Source of the DNA: an uncultured virus (IMG/VR IMGVR_UViG_2882234885_000002)
Lineage: Duplodnaviria; Heunggongvirae; Uroviricota; Caudoviricetes
Length of the DNA: 64,000 nt
Strand: one strand, 5' to 3'
IMG/VR virus record: IMGVR_UViG_2882234885_000002
In this document: positions 55,514 to 64,000 of the stretch, piece by piece
Position numbering within the stretch: position 1 is the stretch's first letter
Layout: every line of letters begins with the position of its first letter
Made by a program: the position numbers and the translations under genes
Notes under the pieces: model-generated
Seen by the model: only the letters and a program-made list of their open reading frames with translations
Database searches by the model: none
Told to the model about the DNA's origin: nothing

Positions 55514-56857
55514 ATGGCGAGAGGCGACGGTATTGACCGTACCAACGCAAGAAATATGAGGCTGACCGAAACCAAGATCGGTAACACCCAGCAGCACAAC
55601 GAGCGTGAGAAGGATTCCTATGTCAATCAGGACATTGTACTGGAGCGGACGCCGCTCAATGTCCATTTCAAAACCCCGTCTGCCGGGTATCGGGAGATGT
55701 TTGCTCAAATGGAGGCCGACGGCGTGATCTCCACCCGTGGCATCAAGGAGGATGCCTTTCGATACGGTGAGTTGGTCTTTGATGTAAACTCCGCTTACTT
55801 CTACAATCACGGCGGGTATGACTTCGCAAAACAATTTTACACCGAAGCCTATAAAGCCGCAATCAAAATCGTGGGCGGAGAGCAGTATATTTTGTCGGCG
55901 GTCATGCACGCTGACGAGCGCAACCGGGCCATGTCCGAGGCGCTGGGGGAGGACGTGTACCACTACCACCTCCATGTGGTTTATATCCCGGTAGTGGAGA
56001 AGGAGATACGCTGGACAAAGCGGTGCAAGGACAAGTCCCTGGTGGGCAAGGTCAAGGAAACGATCATGCAGGTGAGCATGAGCAAGAAGTGGGCGTCCAA
56101 GCCCATTCTGGACGAAACTACCGGGGAGCCGTTACGCACAGCTAAGGGCAAACCCGTTCTACGAAAGTCGTACAGTGTCCTGCAAGATGATTTCTTTGAG
56201 CATATGCGCTCCGCTGGCTATGACGATGTAGAGCGTGGGGAACGTGGTAGTTCCGAAGAACATTTGACTGTTACGCAGTTCAAGACGGAGCGTGAGCAGG
56301 AACGGCTTGCACAGCTTCAAGAGGTGTCGGCGCTGGCCCAGGTTGAGGCCGACAAAAAGAATAAGGAGGCAGCATCAGCTGAGAAGAAAGCGGCCCAGGC
56401 CAGGGCTAAGCTGGACGATGTAGCGCCCTTGCTCAAGGGCATGGAGAAACTGGCGGCGGACTTCTCCGACGACCCGGAGCGGACGCTGCCGGAGGCGGGG
56501 CCGCTGGAATCGGCCAAGTCCTACCGGGAGAAAAAGGCCAAGCCCCTTTGGGAGAAGATCGTCAAGGTGCTGCGCTCCGTCTACCGGGCCTACTTCGACC
56601 TCAAGAGCAAGTTTGAGCGGTTGCAGAGCGCCTATGATCGTGAGGTCAGTAAGAACGGCTCCCTGTCAGCCAGGATTTATGAGGTTTGTGCCGAGAGGGA
56701 CGGCTTGAAAGGGCAAGTCAGGGACTATGAGCGGGTCAGACGGGCCATTGGCCCGGAACAGGCGGACAGGATACTGGAGGCAGCTTACCAGCAGGAACAG
56801 GTCGAAAAGGAGCAGAAATGGGGTGCAAGGTCAAAAATAAGGGTAGGCGCACGATAA
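55514..56857 (+). CDS. MobV/Pre-family relaxase
   Basis: HNERE, ILSAVMHADE...HYHLHVVYIP, LQDDFFEHM...ERGE. Confidence 0.88.
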   Translation: MARGDGIDRTNARNMRLTETKIGNTQQHNEREKDSYVNQDIVLERTPLNVHFKTPSAGYREMFAQMEADGVISTRGIKEDAFRYGELVFDVNSAYFYNHGGYDFAKQFYTEAYKAAIKIVGGEQYILSAVMHADERNRAMSEALGEDVYHYHLHVVYIPVVEKEIRWTKRCKDKSLVGKVKETIMQVSMSKKWASKPILDETTGEPLRTAKGKPVLRKSYSVLQDDFFEHMRSAGYDDVERGERGSSEEHLTVTQFKTEREQERLAQLQEVSALAQVEADKKNKEAASAEKKAAQARAKLDDVAPLLKGMEKLAADFSDDPERTLPEAGPLESAKSYREKKAKPLWEKIVKVLRSVYRAYFDLKSKFERLQSAYDREVSKNGSLSARIYEVCAERDGLKGQVRDYERVRRAIGPEQADRILEAAYQQEQVEKEQKWGARSKIRVGAR

Positions 56858-56880
56858 TCACAAAAAATGGAGGTAATTTC

Positions 56881-56995
56881 ATGGAAAAGTACATCTTTGA
56901 CGAGGGCAACGGTCTGTGGTATGAGTTGCAGAGGGACTAACAATATTCGGGCGTGTGCGGCGGAAATCGTGGACACAGAAATTATTTGCGCATGA
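56881..56995 (+). pseudogene. TnpV-like remnant (internally deleted)
   Basis: MEKYIFDEGNGLWYELQRD* followed by NIRACAAEIVDTEIICA*, resembling the N- and C-termini of TnpV. Confidence 0.6.
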
Positions 56996-57063
56996 GGCCC
57001 CAAATCGGAGGGTGTCCCGGTGAATGCCCTCCTGATTTATTTGGGACAGCGGGTAAAAACTTC

Positions 57064-57092
57064 TTGCATTTTAGAGTGTGCTATGCTATACT
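57064..57092 (+). promoter_or_regulatory. tet(W) promoter
   Basis: TTGCAT-N17-TATACT with extended TG. Confidence 0.65.
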
Positions 57093-57257
57093 GCTGTCAT
57101 CCTGATTTGAGGAGTCTATTCAACATGCGGCAAGGTATTCTTAAATAAAATTTGATAATGGGCACAAAAATAATTGCCCCTTGCAGGGGCTTGGTTTTTG
57201 TACCCAATTTAAGAATGCTTTTGCCTTTTTATCAAATATCGTGACGGATAACGGCTC

Positions 57258-57336
57258 ATGTTAGCTGAATGCGTTTCTATGTATCCGAAGTCATGATCCC
57301 CAGCGGTAAAAGTATTTTACTGCTGGGGATTTTTAT
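57258..57336 (+). promoter_or_regulatory. Leader peptide (MLAECVSMYPKS) and attenuator hairpin
   Basis: 12-codon ORF 57258-57296 abuts ATCCCCAGCGGTAAAA/TTTTACTGCTGGGGAT plus a T tract. Confidence 0.65.
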
Positions 57337-57368
57337 GCCCTTTGGGGCTGTAAAGGGAGGACAATCAC

Positions 57369-59288
57369 ATGAAAATAATCAATATTGGAATTCTTGCCCA
57401 TGTAGACGCTGGAAAGACGACCTTGACGGAGAGCCTGCTATATGCCAGCGGAGCCATTTCAGAACCGGGGAGCGTCGAAAAAGGGACAACGAGGACGGAC
57501 ACCATGTTTTTGGAGCGGCAGCGTGGGATTACCATTCAAGCGGCAGTCACTTCCTTCCAGTGGCACAGATGTAAAGTTAACATTGTGGATACGCCCGGCC
57601 ACATGGATTTTTTGGCGGAGGTGTACCGCTCTTTGGCTGTTTTAGATGGGGCCATCTTGGTGATCTCCGCTAAAGATGGCGTGCAGGCCCAGACCCGTAT
57701 TCTGTTCCATGCCCTGCGGAAAATGAACATTCCCACCGTTATCTTTATCAACAAGATCGACCAGGCTGGCGTTGATTTGCAGAGCGTGGTTCAGTCTGTT
57801 CGGGATAAGCTCTCCGCCGATATTATCATCAAGCAGACGGTGTCGCTGTCCCCGGAAATAGTCCTGGAGGAAAATACCGACATAGAAGCATGGGATGCGG
57901 TCATCGAAAATAACGATGAATTATTGGAAAAGTATATCGCAGGAGAACCAATCAGCCGGGAAAAACTTGCGCGGGAGGAACAGCAGCGGGTTCAAGACGC
58001 CTCCCTGTTCCCAGTCTATCATGGCAGCGCCAAAAATGGCCTTGGCATTCAACCGTTGATGGATGCGGTGACAGGGCTGTTCCAACCGATTGGGGAACAG
58101 GGGGGCGCCGCCCTATGCGGCAGCGTTTTCAAGGTTGAGTACACCGATTGCGGCCAGCGGCGTGTCTATCTACGGTTATACAGCGGAACGCTGCGCCTGC
58201 GGGATACGGTGGCCCTGGCCGGGAGAGAAAAGCTGAAAATCACAGAGATGCGTATTCCATCCAAAGGGGAAATTGTTCGGACAGACACCGCTTATCAGGG
58301 TGAAATTGTTATCCTTCCCAGCGACAGCGTGAGGTTAAACGATGTATTAGGGGACCAAACCCGGCTCCCTCGTAAAAGGTGGCGCGAGGACCCCCTCCCC
58401 ATGCTGCGGACGACGATTGCGCCGAAAACGGCAGCGCAAAGAGAACGGCTGCTGGACGCTCTTACGCAACTTGCGGATACTGACCCGCTTTTGCGTTGCG
58501 AAGTGGATTCCATCACCCATGAGATCATTCTTTCTTTTTTGGGCCGGGTGCAGTTGGAGGTTGTTTCCGCTTTGCTGTCGGAAAAATACAAGCTTGAAAC
58601 AGTGGTAAAGGAACCCTCCGTCATTTATATGGAGCGGCCGCTCAAAGCAGCCAGCCACACCATCCATATCGAGGTGCCGCCCAACCCGTTTTGGGCATCC
58701 ATAGGACTGTCTGTTACACCACTCTCGCTTGGCTCCGGTGTACAATACGAGAGCCGGGTTTCGCTGGGATACTTGAACCAGAGTTTTCAAAACGCTGTCA
58801 GGGATGGTATCCGTTACGGGCTGGAGCAGGGCTTGTTCGGCTGGAACGTAACGGACTGTAAGATTTGCTTTGAATACGGGCTTTATTACAGTCCGGTCAG
58901 CACGCCGGCGGACTTCCGCTCATTGGCCCCGATTGTATTGGAACAGGCATTGAAGGAATCGGGGACGCAGCTGCTGGAACCTTATCTCTCCTTCATCCTC
59001 TATGCGCCCCAGGAATACCTTTCCAGGGCTTATCATGATGCACCGAAATACTGTGCCACCATCGAAACGGCCCAGGTAAAAAAGGATGAAGTTGTCTTTA
59101 CTGGCGAGATTCCCGCCCGCTGTATACAGGCATACCGTACTGATCTGGCCTTTTACACCAACGGGCGGAGCGTATGCCTTACAGAGCTGAAAGGATATCA
59201 GGCCGCTGTCGGTCAGCCGGTCATCCAGCCCCGCCGTCCAAACAGCCGTTTGGATAAGGTGCGCCATATGTTCAGTAAGATTCCTTGA
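57369..59288 (+). CDS. tet(W): Tetracycline ribosomal protection protein Tet(W)
   Basis: 639 aa; [69 protein letters not shown]. Confidence 0.95.
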   Translation: MKIINIGILAHVDAGKTTLTESLLYASGAISEPGSVEKGTTRTDTMFLERQRGITIQAAVTSFQWHRCKVNIVDTPGHMDFLAEVYRSLAVLDGAILVISAKDGVQAQTRILFHALRKMNIPTVIFINKIDQAGVDLQSVVQSVRDKLSADIIIKQTVSLSPEIVLEENTDIEAWDAVIENNDELLEKYIAGEPISREKLAREEQQRVQDASLFPVYHGSAKNGLGIQPLMDAVTGLFQPIGEQGGAALCGSVFKVEYTDCGQRRVYLRLYSGTLRLRDTVALAGREKLKITEMRIPSKGEIVRTDTAYQGEIVILPSDSVRLNDVLGDQTRLPRKRWREDPLPMLRTTIAPKTAAQRERLLDALTQLADTDPLLRCEVDSITHEIILSFLGRVQLEVVSALLSEKYKLETVVKEPSVIYMERPLKAASHTIHIEVPPNPFWASIGLSVTPLSLGSGVQYESRVSLGYLNQSFQNAVRDGIRYGLEQGLFGWNVTDCKICFEYGLYYSPVSTPADFRSLAPIVLEQALKESGTQLLEPYLSFILYAPQEYLSRAYHDAPKYCATIETAQVKKDEVVFTGEIPARCIQAYRTDLAFYTNGRSVCLTELKGYQAAVGQPVIQPRRPNSRLDKVRHMFSKIP

Positions 59289-59513
59289 TACGCCACAGCA
59301 AGGATGGTTATTGCATTTCCCTGCCTTTCGTGGTAAAATGTAGTTGTAAACCACCAGAGAAAACAACAACCCTGCTACCCCCCGTTATCACCACCGATAA
59401 CAATTTGATAACAGCCCATCGTATAGGGCTGGATAATATGGACACATCAAATAATCAAAAAAATGAGGTATCAAATTTATGAAGCAAAATCCGTTAAATA
59501 TGATGCCCAACAA

Positions 59514-59526
59514 CGAGTGGGAATGA
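59514..59526 (+). other. att site (IME1/IME2 junction), guaA-3'-like core
   Basis: CGAGTGGGAATGA (EWE*), flanked by arm-type repeats. Confidence 0.78.
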
Positions 59527-59619
59527 TTTCAGAAGCACGGAAAAGCCTGATATGACTGGGTTTTTGAGGGGTTAAGGCCCTCCGTGGCAACGATTTGGCA
59601 ACATTTTTTCATTATTCAT

Positions 59620-59666
59620 AAAAAGAGAGCTAACTGATTTTGATTAGTCAGTTAGCTCTCTTTTTC
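59620..59666. terminator. Bidirectional terminator
   Basis: AAAAAGAGAGCTAACTGA...TCAGTTAGCTCTCTTTTT. Confidence 0.8.
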
Positions 59667-59723
59667 TTTTTATTATTATTCTGTGCAACAAACGGTCTCT
59701 CCCGTGGCCTACAAGTGAGAAGG

Positions 59724-60212
59724 TCAAAAGAGATTCCGGGGCGGCACCTTCACATAGGTCTGGGTCTTGTCAAACTCCGGATAGTGGTAGCGCCACTTGT
59801 CATAATCCTCTTTGGAGATCTCGCCAGCCTCCAACATGGCGGCAGCCTGTTGCCAGGAACAGAGCATCTCGTGCAGCCGGGTGGCATCCTTGTTCTTGTA
59901 CACATCGACCTTCAAGCAGACTTCTCCATCCATCTCGCTAATCTTGAGCCCGTAGTTATCCTCCAGGGTAAACAGGGTATGCATGAGCCCCACATAGGAG
60001 TCTATGTCCGGGACGGAGAGGGCATGGGGCGAGACATCCAGTACCTGGGCCAGGGCAGCAGTCAGGTCGGCCTTAGGGGTTCTTGATCCTGTCTCGTACT
60101 GTGCCAGGCGCACATCGGCGGACTTCTCCGGAAAGCCCAGCGCCATACCGAGATATTTCTGCGTCATCCCCCGCAGAAGACGGAAAAAGTGAATCCGTTC
60201 GCCAATCGCCAT
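59724..60212 (-). CDS. XRE-family repressor (IME2)
   Basis: Paralogue of 51723-52256. Confidence 0.9.
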   Translation of the reverse strand: MAIGERIHFFRLLRGMTQKYLGMALGFPEKSADVRLAQYETGSRTPKADLTAALAQVLDVSPHALSVPDIDSYVGLMHTLFTLEDNYGLKISEMDGEVCLKVDVYKNKDATRLHEMLCSWQQAAAMLEAGEISKEDYDKWRYHYPEFDKTQTYVKVPPRNLF

Positions 60213-60320
60213 ATCATCAACTCCAATCGTTGGTTGTCCTTAGAAAAAGCGTAGCAGAAATGCTTAGGAAAGTCAAGAGAATCCTAAATAATTTTATTTA
60301 ATTTATTTTGCGTACTCCAA

Positions 60321-60349
60321 TTGACATAAGCTATTATGCTTAGTATAAT
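60321..60349 (+). promoter_or_regulatory. xis-int promoter (IME2)
   Basis: TTGACA-N17-TATAAT. Confidence 0.75.
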
Positions 60350-60514
60350 AGCAATAGACTAAGCATATCAGCTTAAAACTAATAAATAAAAAGCAACTGC
60401 CGCAATTCCTGGTTGCATATCCGGGAAAAAAGTGGCGGACGAAAGTAAGGAGGCATTTATGGAACACAACATCCAGCCGAAACATCCATCAGCGAGGAAA
60501 GGAAGGTATTTTCA

Positions 60515-60709
60515 ATGCAGGCACAGAACTTCATGCGCGTGGAGGAAGTGGCCCAGGAGCTGGGCATCTCCAAGTCCCACGCCTATAAGGTGATCCACAA
60601 GCTCAACGCCGAACTCCGGGACAAGGGCTATCTGACCATCTCCGGGCGGGTCAACCGGAACTTTTTCATGGAGAAGTTTTGCTACGGCAAGACGGGAAAG
60701 GAGGGCTAA
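60515..60709 (+). CDS. xis: Excisionase-like HTH protein
   Basis: Paralogue of 52446-52634. Confidence 0.8.
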   Translation: MQAQNFMRVEEVAQELGISKSHAYKVIHKLNAELRDKGYLTISGRVNRNFFMEKFCYGKTGKEG

Positions 60710-60711
60710 TC

Positions 60712-61785
60712 ATGGCAGTCTACAAGGAAGAAAAAAGCAACACCTGGCGGGCAGTCTACCGCTACACCGACTGGAACGGCGAGCGCAAGCAGACCCAGAA
60801 GCGGGGCTTCAAGACCAAGCGGGAGGCGCAGGCCTGGGAGCGGGAACAGCTCAACAAGACCAGCGCCGACCTGGATATGACCTTTAAGAGCTTCGTGGAT
60901 CTCTACACAGCGGATATGAAAACCCGGCTTAAGGAAAACACCTGGGCCACCAAGGATCATATCATCCGTACCAAGCTGCTGCCCTACTTCGGCAAGCTCA
61001 AAATGTGCAACATCACCGCCCAGCAGATCATCACCTGGCAGAACGAGATGCTAAACCACAAGGACGAGAACGGCAAGCCCTATTCGCCGGTATACCTGAA
61101 AACAGTCCATAACCAGCTCAGTGCTATCTTCAACCATGCGGTTCGGTACTACAACCTCCGGGAAAATCCCTGCAAGAAGGCAGGCAGCATGGGCAAAAAG
61201 AAAAACCGGGAGATGATGTTCTGGACCAAGGAGCAGTACCAGAAATTTGCCGAGGTGATGATGGACAAGCCGCTGTCCTTCTACGCCTTTGAGATGCTCT
61301 ACTGGTGCGGTATCCGAGAAGGGGAGCTGCTGGCCCTGACCCCAGCGGACTTTGACTTTGAGAAGCGCACCGTGTCCATCAACAAGTCTTACCAGAGGCT
61401 AAACGGCCAGGATCTGATTACCACTCCCAAAACCGAAAAGAGTAATCGGGTTATTACCATGCCGCAGTTTCTGGCCGAGGAAATCCAGGATTACATCAAG
61501 ATGCTTTACGGCATCGGGCCGGACGACCGGATGTTCACCGTCACCAAGAGCTATCTCCACCGGGAGATGGACCGAGGAGCCAAAGAAGCCGGGATACCGC
61601 GTATCAGAATCCACGATATTCGTCACAGCGCGGTGTCACTTCTGATCGACATGGGATTCTCCGCCACGGCCATTGCGGACCGGGTGGGCCACGAGAGCAT
61701 CGACATTACTTACAACTACGCGCACCTGTTTCCGTCCAAGCAGGCGGAAATGGCAGAGAAACTGAACATGGAAAGGGGCAATTAA
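60712..61785 (+). CDS. int: Tyrosine integrase
   Basis: GIREGELLAL, IHDIRHS, RVGH, Y; paralogue of 52635. Confidence 0.95.
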   Translation: MAVYKEEKSNTWRAVYRYTDWNGERKQTQKRGFKTKREAQAWEREQLNKTSADLDMTFKSFVDLYTADMKTRLKENTWATKDHIIRTKLLPYFGKLKMCNITAQQIITWQNEMLNHKDENGKPYSPVYLKTVHNQLSAIFNHAVRYYNLRENPCKKAGSMGKKKNREMMFWTKEQYQKFAEVMMDKPLSFYAFEMLYWCGIREGELLALTPADFDFEKRTVSINKSYQRLNGQDLITTPKTEKSNRVITMPQFLAEEIQDYIKMLYGIGPDDRMFTVTKSYLHREMDRGAKEAGIPRIRIHDIRHSAVSLLIDMGFSATAIADRVGHESIDITYNYAHLFPSKQAEMAEKLNMERGN

Positions 61786-61787
61786 AA

Positions 61788-62123
61788 ATGTCGGCAAAGA
61801 ATTTGGACAAGCACAACCGTTGGAGGAACAAGACCGTGGCCTTTCGGGTCTCCCCGGAGGAGGACGCCCAGATCGAGACGGCGGTCAAGCTCACCGGACT
61901 GACCAAGCAGGATTATATCATCCAGCGGCTGCTGTGCCGGGATGTGGTGGTCCAGGGCAACCCCAGGGTCTACAAGGCGCTGCGGGACCAGCTAGCTGCT
62001 GTGCTGGACGAGCTGCGCCGGATCGAGGTTGGGCATGGCGTGAATGACGAACTGCTGGACACCATCCGGATAATCGCTACCATTATGAACGGGATGCAGG
62101 AGGACTTTGCCTATGACCGATGA
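61788..62123 (+). CDS. MobC-like ribbon-helix-helix protein
   Basis: Paralogue of 53711-54031. Confidence 0.7.
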   Translation: MSAKNLDKHNRWRNKTVAFRVSPEEDAQIETAVKLTGLTKQDYIIQRLLCRDVVVQGNPRVYKALRDQLAAVLDELRRIEVGHGVNDELLDTIRIIATIMNGMQEDFAYDR

Positions 62124-63288
62124 GAAAAAGAAAATGACCGCCCATGGCTCATCTGTTGGCGCAGATGATGGGCAGTCAATCTCTCAAAATTCCAAGATCA
62201 CTATACCAGACCCAGACGAAAAAAGCAATTCCCCCGAAAGAGATTTGGAGGAACTTTACCGGAAGATGCGCCGCATGAGCGACCCGGCATACCTGCATAC
62301 TGTGACCCTGGACGAACTGATGGACAATGTGTTCGAGGGCAAGTCTGCGGTGATTGAGAACCTGCTCTACACAGGAGCGTACATCCTTGCCGGAGCGCCG
62401 AAAATCGGAAAGTCCTTCCTGGTGGCGCAGATCGCTCACCATGTCAGCACCGGGCAGGACTTGTGGGAATACAAAGTACACCAGGGGACCGTTCTCTATC
62501 TGGCGCTGGAGGATGATGAGAGCCGTTTGCAGCGCCGGATGTTCCGTATGTTTGGCGTGGAGGGGACAAGCTCCCTCCACTTTGCCACCAGTGCCAAAAT
62601 GATTGGCAGCGGCCTGGATGAACAGCTGGAAAAGTTCGTCCGGGAACACAGCGATACTAAACTCATTATTGTGGATACCCTGCAAAAGGTCCGGGAGACG
62701 GCGAGTGACAGTTACAGCTATTCCAGCGACTATGAGGTGATCGGCAAGCTGAAACAATTTGCAGATCGGTATAGTGTCTGCGTCCTGATCGTCCACCACA
62801 CCAGAAAGCAGCCTGCAGGAGACAGCTTTGAGATGATTTCCGGTACCACAGGCCTGCTGGGCTGTGCGGATGGAGCGCTCCTGATGCAGAAAGAAAAGCG
62901 GACGGATAGTAAAGCCACTCTGGAGGTGGTAGGCAGAGACCAGCCCGATCAGCTGCTGTATCTCGGCAAGGATCAGGAGAGCTTAATTTGGAGCCTTGAC
63001 CATGCGGAGAATGAGCTTTGGAAACAGCCTCCGGACCCCGTGCTGGAAGCCGTGGCGAAGATTGTATCTGCTGAAAACCTGGAATGGGAAGGGAGTCCTA
63101 CCGAGCTGGCCCAGGCGATTCAGGCGGATATGGCGGTGAATCGGCTTACGAAGCATCTGAATGTAAATGCCAGCCGCCTGCTGGAAGAACATCAGGTGAA
63201 ATATGAAAACAAAACCAAACACGCCGGACGGCGCATCCAGCTGACTTACATGGTGGTGGAAGCACCTGCGTTTGAAGTAATCAAGTAA
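62113..63288 (+). CDS. AAA_25 / RepA-like helicase
   Basis: GAPKIGKS, LYLALED, IIVDTLQ, VHHTRK. Confidence 0.88.
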   Translation: MTDEKKKMTAHGSSVGADDGQSISQNSKITIPDPDEKSNSPERDLEELYRKMRRMSDPAYLHTVTLDELMDNVFEGKSAVIENLLYTGAYILAGAPKIGKSFLVAQIAHHVSTGQDLWEYKVHQGTVLYLALEDDESRLQRRMFRMFGVEGTSSLHFATSAKMIGSGLDEQLEKFVREHSDTKLIIVDTLQKVRETASDSYSYSSDYEVIGKLKQFADRYSVCVLIVHHTRKQPAGDSFEMISGTTGLLGCADGALLMQKEKRTDSKATLEVVGRDQPDQLLYLGKDQESLIWSLDHAENELWKQPPDPVLEAVAKIVSAENLEWEGSPTELAQAIQADMAVNRLTKHLNVNASRLLEEHQVKYENKTKHAGRRIQLTYMVVEAPAFEVIK

Positions 63289-63291
63289 AGC

Positions 63292-63364
63292 GCGACGCTC
63301 GCAACGGTCGCAACGGTGTTTTGAGGGGTACTCCCAGCACCGTTGCGACCGTCGCCATCGTCGC
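63292..63364. repeat. Inverted pair of 3x9-bp repeat arrays (GCRACG..)
   Basis: GCGACGCTC GCAACGGTC GCAACGGTG ... CACCGTTGC GACCGTCGC CATCGTCGC. Confidence 0.8.
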
Positions 63365-63615
63365 GGAAAGGAAAAGCCGGGGTGGTATTTTGCCACCCCA
63401 TCTTCAAGGAGGGTGCCCCATTTTAGGGCACTCTAAAAGCACCATATCATGTCGCATTTCACGACACCCTTGCCTCCGAAACAGGGCACCGGGTATAGAA
63501 TAAAAAAGCGTTCGCAGAATGCGCAGCCACAGAATGAAATTCTGTGTTCAGAAGGGGCTTGGGGGCGCTGCCCTCAACAAGCAGACGGCAGGAAATGTGA
63601 GTGTGTATTAACACT

Positions 63616-63690
63616 CGCATTGCTTGCCGGATTTGTGTGTGGCTATCCACACGCATTGCTTGCCTCGTTTGCCTCGTTTGCCTCGTTTGC
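63616..63690. repeat. Direct repeats CGCATTGCTTGCC x2 and TTGCCTCGT x3
   Basis: Seen directly; sits at the position equivalent to the IME1 region upstream of the relaxase (possible oriT). Confidence 0.7.
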
Positions 63691-64000
63691 AAAAAGGCCA
63701 AAACAGCTGCTGTTCCGGGGAAAAGTCAACGGTACAAGCATCAAAAGTTTCCTGATATAAAAAGCATGATAAAACGACAGTTCCCACCGTGAACAGTTGA
63801 GATAAAGAATTTAGATTAAGTAAAAAATCCATATCCCGCCCGTAGGTTGCACAGACTGTACCCGGAAAGGGTTGTTCCCGGATTGTATGGTCCATAAGAT
63901 CCCCCATTCCATGAGCGGCACCTCTCCGGTATGAACGCAGCCGGAGTGCCGGGCAGATAGAGGAAGAACTCATTTCCACCGTCTAGTCCATACGGGATGG

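Larger units (their letters stand above)
51512..59526. mobile_element. Integrative mobilizable element carrying tet(W) (IME1)
   Basis: XRE, xis, tyrosine integrase, MobC-like, AAA RepA, MobV and tet(W) between two att cores; TTGATAAC-type arm repeats near both ends. Confidence 0.88.
59526..64000. mobile_element. Second related integrative element (IME2, partial)
   Basis: Same gene order as IME1: XRE, xis, int, MobC-like, RepA. Confidence 0.88.

Noticed and set aside
51512..64000. IMEs as PICI-like phage satellites
   Set aside because: No capsid-size or terminase-redirecting genes are seen; the MobV relaxase points to conjugative mobilisation
1..64000. tRNA or rRNA genes
   Set aside because: None were recognised by eye; tRNAscan-SE would be needed to exclude them

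Overview
This window holds three mobile elements integrated in tandem in a high-GC Clostridia-like (probably Oscillospiraceae-type) genome. (1) ~1-51512 is a nearly complete temperate myovirus prophage. It has immunity, early/replication, DNA-modification, packaging, head, contractile tail/baseplate and lysis modules; its integrase and attL are probably just left of the window. (2) 51512-59526 is an integrative mobilizable element (XRE, xis, tyrosine integrase, MobC-like, AAA RepA, MobV) carrying tet(W). (3) 59526 to the window end is a related second element. Both junctions are copies of CGAGTGGGA(G/A)TGA (reading ...EWE*), which matches the guaA 3' end. The prophage carries an intact diversity-generating retroelement (avd, TR 45459-45566, RT) with two internal variable regions, and every TR/VR mismatch falls at a TR adenine. 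One VR is in the adjacent tail/adhesin gene (47430-47537). The other is ~30 kb away in an early gene that fuses the variable domain to a MazG-like pyrophosphohydrolase domain (15008-15084). Other points of interest: a ParB/ParB/ParB-methyltransferase/CmoA-like cluster directly before the terminase (candidate DNA carboxymethylation system); a C5 methyltransferase frameshifted at a G11 tract; a predicted ~58-nt antisense RNA complementary to two early-gene leaders; and a single-chain SbcD-SbcC fusion. All family assignments come from motif recognition by eye, not from database searches.
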